Source of the DNA: Chloroflexota bacterium
GTDB lineage: Bacteria > Chloroflexota > UBA11872 > VXOZ01
Direction: 5' to 3'
DNA length: 64,000 nt
Assembly (NCBI GenBank): GCA_963662335.2
Contig: CAXXVD010000001.1
Span: forward strand, 224,001-288,000
Shown here one piece after another: positions 61,249 through 64,000 of the stretch. A program made the position numbers and the translations under genes. The notes below the pieces were generated by a model. That model saw only the letters and a program-made list of their open reading frames with translations, was not told the origin of the DNA and did not search any database. The stretch's first letter is position 1. Every line of letters starts with the position of its first letter.

Positions 61249-62722
61249 CTGACGTTTCCACGTCTTCTACTAGTCGCGACGCCAGTTCGTTGGCGACGTT
61301 GTTGATACTATCGATAGTCTCGTCGAAGACCGGCATGTCGATGCCAAATGTATCCACTTCGCATTCGCGCAGCGTGCTGTCTTCAGCAACGTATGCCCGT
61401 ACAGTCTCTGGTGCAAGGAATTCGTCATCCTGATACTTTAGCCTCTTGACAACATCCCCTTTCTTTGGAAAGGAGTTGCTGAGCATAATGAGGTTGTTAA
61501 ACTCCTTAATGAGATAGTCACTGTGTGTCGTGATCAAGACTTTCAAGCCGGCACGCACGCAGCGTGCGAGCAGCCGAGCTAGCTGAATCTGGTTCGCTGT
61601 GTCGAGATGACTTTCCGGTTCATCTATGATGAGTAGATGGTTCTTCTGCGCAATGTGCCTAAGAAAGAAGTACAGGTCAGAAAGTCCGCGAGACGACGAC
61701 GACGCGCGATGCAAGGGTATTGTAAAGCGCCGACTCTTGCGCGCCTTGGAGATGAAACGTGTGCCATCGTCGGATGCCCTATAGTAGCCCTCCATCATAT
61801 CCTTAATGAAGTCGAACAGTTTTTCTTCGTAGAGTTCGCTCCTCTGATTCAGGAAATCGGGAATGCTTCTGGTGTAGTCAATGTTGTCCTTAATGGGCAG
61901 CGCATATCGGCTTGTCGTGCGGTCAATTATGAAGAATGGCGAGTACCGCTCACTATTCTTGTCGTCTCCCATCTGCTGCAACAATTCCACGAGCTTATTC
62001 TTGGTGAAGTCAAGCTCCCTGTAGAATAGCGAAATGCCAAAGCGCTCTGCGGAGAGCACGAACGGCTCATAGGAAAGTTCAGGAAGCAGAAACTGAAGGT
62101 AGAGGTGGGCGAGGTCTGTTCTGCTCTGAGCAGTTTCTTCAGGTCGTTTCTTGGCCGACCCTCTAGCCATAACTACATCGTTGCCATCGTATCCTATCGA
62201 AGTTACATCGCCTGTCGGGCTAGTAAAGCTAAGCACTCTTTCGCCGGCGGGAAACCCATCGGTCAACTCTATTTCAATCAATGCTTCTTTGAAGTCGTCC
62301 TGGGAAGCGCTAAGTGTGTCTGCTAGGGCTATCTCAGAAAAGGCGCTGGCCAAGAATTGAGCAGTTGCTCTCCTGACATCATCAAGTGTCCTTCGATTCA
62401 CCGCACGCTTGGCAATACCCTCTTCTATCGCATCCCCGGCAAGCCCTAGTCTGTAGAAATACGCCTCATCTGTTGCTTGGGGGTCTTTTCCGTTTTCGCC
62501 GGTGTCTTCATCGTCACCGAATAGGAAATTCTCAGTATACGGCCACCACTTCCACATCTTTAGGAATCCATACAGCGTATACACCAAATAGGTCTTGCCG
62601 GTATTGTTGTGACCGGCAATCACCGTAAGATCGCCCAATTGCAATTCAGCCTCATCTATGGGGCCAATGTTTCGAAAGCGAAACTTCGCCCGGCTCGACG
62701 GCGGCTCATTGATTGATGACAT
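61235..62722 (-). CDS. ABC-type ATPase (AAA_15/AAA_21-like), predicted defence sensor
   Basis: FRNIGPI, Walker A GHNNTGKT, Walker B/D-loop IIDEPESHL, H-loop ITTHS; lower GC than flanks. Confidence 0.85.
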   Translation of the reverse strand: MSSINEPPSSRAKFRFRNIGPIDEAELQLGDLTVIAGHNNTGKTYLVYTLYGFLKMWKWWPYTENFLFGDDEDTGENGKDPQATDEAYFYRLGLAGDAIEEGIAKRAVNRRTLDDVRRATAQFLASAFSEIALADTLSASQDDFKEALIEIELTDGFPAGERVLSFTSPTGDVTSIGYDGNDVVMARGSAKKRPEETAQSRTDLAHLYLQFLLPELSYEPFVLSAERFGISLFYRELDFTKNKLVELLQQMGDDKNSERYSPFFIIDRTTSRYALPIKDNIDYTRSIPDFLNQRSELYEEKLFDFIKDMMEGYYRASDDGTRFISKARKSRRFTIPLHRASSSSRGLSDLYFFLRHIAQKNHLLIIDEPESHLDTANQIQLARLLARCVRAGLKVLITTHSDYLIKEFNNLIMLSNSFPKKGDVVKRLKYQDDEFLAPETVRAYVAEDSTLRECEVDTFGIDMPVFDETIDSINNVANELASRLVEDVETSDVAE

Positions 62723-62827
62723 TGTGCTTTCTCTTGCCGGTCTACAACGCTCCAAGTAGAGCGAAGATTTCCGTACTCAATGCTCTTTCCGCCGTTAACA
62801 CAGCTAAATCCTAACGCTTGAGCGTTC

Positions 62828-63271
62828 TTACCGCGCGGCGGCTTCCTTATTCAACCGCGTGAAGAACTGCTTCATCAGCAGTTTGGCCGCTTGGAGCATC
62901 AGGCGTTGGCCCACGCGGGCCAGGGTGCCGCCGGCTTGGCCTTCGCCTTGCACGTGGATGGTGGTGACGCCCGCTTTCTTTTCGGTAAGGGCAAAGGCGC
63001 CCTCGCCTTTCACGAAGCCCGGGCCGCCGCTGCCCTCCACGATCATGCGGTAGCCGTTTGGCGGATCGCGGTCCGCCACCGCCACCGTGCCCTGGTAGCG
63101 TCCTTTGATGCCGGCCACACCCACGTTCAGAGTCGCCGCGTAGGTATCCGCGCCGGTCGGTTCCAGCTTCTCGCAGCCGGGAATGCACGCCGCCAGCACG
63201 TCCGGGTCTTGCAGCAACTCCCAGACGCGGTCTTGCCCCGCCTTGATCGTAAACGTGCCTTCTACCTTCAT
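62828..63271 (-). CDS. coxG: Carbon monoxide dehydrogenase subunit G (SRPBCC)
   Basis: VWELLQDPDVLAACIPGCE, GGTLARVGQR. Confidence 0.88.
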   Translation of the reverse strand: MKVEGTFTIKAGQDRVWELLQDPDVLAACIPGCEKLEPTGADTYAATLNVGVAGIKGRYQGTVAVADRDPPNGYRMIVEGSGGPGFVKGEGAFALTEKKAGVTTIHVQGEGQAGGTLARVGQRLMLQAAKLLMKQFFTRLNKEAAAR

Positions 63272-63501
63272 GCGCCGTTCCCTTGCTCGGAATGCGTGGC
63301 TGTCAGTTTCTCCAATGATACCGCCAATGCCGGTCGGCATTCCAATCAGCGGTACCCCGGCAGCCGTTCACGAGTATTGGTTTGGCGATGGCGCTCATAT
63401 CGGAACTCGCCCTACCGATCATATTCCGCGATGCTCGCCCAACCGTTCACGCTTCGACAGGCTCAGGGCGAACGGTTGGCGGGCGCTCCTGGGAACACAC
63501 G

Positions 63502-63654
63502 GTGGGCTGCTGCGGGATAGATGGGCTGCTGCGGGATAGGTGGGTTCTTGCGGGATAGGCGGGCTGTTGCGGGATAGGCGGGCTGTTGCGGGATAGGTGG
63601 GCCGCGGCGGGATAGGCGGGCCGCTGCGGGACTTGGCGGGCTGTTGCGGGATAG
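63502..63654. repeat. Tandem array of 8 x 19-bp units (consensus GYGGGCTGYTGCGGGATAG)
   Basis: Units start at 63502, 63521, 63540, 63559, 63578, 63597, 63616 and 63636; no spacers. Confidence 0.9.
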
Positions 63655-63785
63655 AAGCCAAGCAAACTCAACTCTTGGACAGTCCCGCGTGTGCAATTGA
63701 AACGCACTTGGTATACTAGTCCCATAAATTGGCGCATCGTGCTTATCTGCGCGCCCACGCGCGCATTGCAAAAGGGGGTAGCAGT

Positions 63786-64000
63786 ATGCCCAATGAAATC
63801 ACGGTAACGGTGAACGGCGCCCGCCACACGAGCAGCGTCGAGCCGCGCACGTTGCTGGCGCACTACCTGCGTGACGAGCTCGGTCTCACCGGCACGCACG
63901 TGGGCTGCGACACCAGTCAATGCGGCGCGTGCACGGTGGTGGTGGACGGCGCCGCGGTCAAGTCCTGCACCATGCTGGCCGTGCAGGCCGACGGCAGCGA
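63786..64000 (+). CDS. coxS: 2Fe-2S small subunit of a molybdenum hydroxylase (CoxS/CutS), 3'-truncated by window edge
   Basis: [11 protein letters not shown]...[24 protein letters not shown]...[12 protein letters not shown]; absent from the ORF track because it runs off the end. Confidence 0.9.
   Translation, partial: MPNEITVTVNGARHTSSVEPRTLLAHYLRDELGLTGTHVGCDTSQCGACTVVVDGAAVKSCTMLAVQADGS

Noticed and set aside
63502-63654. Possible CRISPR array
   Set aside because: Units are contiguous 19-mers with no unique spacers, and no cas genes are in the window.
63419-63771. Repetitive ORFs (PAYPA/IPQQ repeats)
   Set aside because: Translations of the 19-bp tandem array; the unit length is not a multiple of 3 and no RBS is evident.

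Overview
A GC-rich bacterial chromosomal segment, probably Chloroflexota (inferred from the Chlor_Arch_YYY/DUF2298 protein, alpha2-type GlyRS and overall gene content). It is mostly housekeeping and catabolic genes: miaA, dapF, hydantoinase/oxoprolinase A+B, nagA, ROK kinase, valS, argS, miaB, ileS, glyQS, recO, glmU, mrp, M16 peptidase, coxG/coxS, tRNA-Glu(CTC) and tRNA-Gln(TTG). The strongest novel signal is a DUSP23/PTP-fold gene (38029-38499) with an in-frame TGA exactly at the catalytic Cys. It is followed by a possible SECIS-like hairpin and has lost the P-loop Arg, so it is a candidate selenoprotein with non-phosphatase chemistry. Other notable items: (1) a tandem trio of paralogous lipoproteins sharing an unrecognised two-Cys domain; (2) an IleRS2 with the GXHH signature and an ArgRS with TIGS in place of HIGH; (3) a GlmU whose uridyltransferase domain looks inactivated; (4) about six families of REP-like palindromes, two of them inserted in-frame in three genes; (5) two lower-GC two-gene candidate defence cassettes (DUF262+HEPN; ABC/AAA ATPase+PD-(D/E)XK-like); (6) an 8x19-bp tandem array between coxG and coxS. 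All calls come from reading motifs by eye; no database searches were run.
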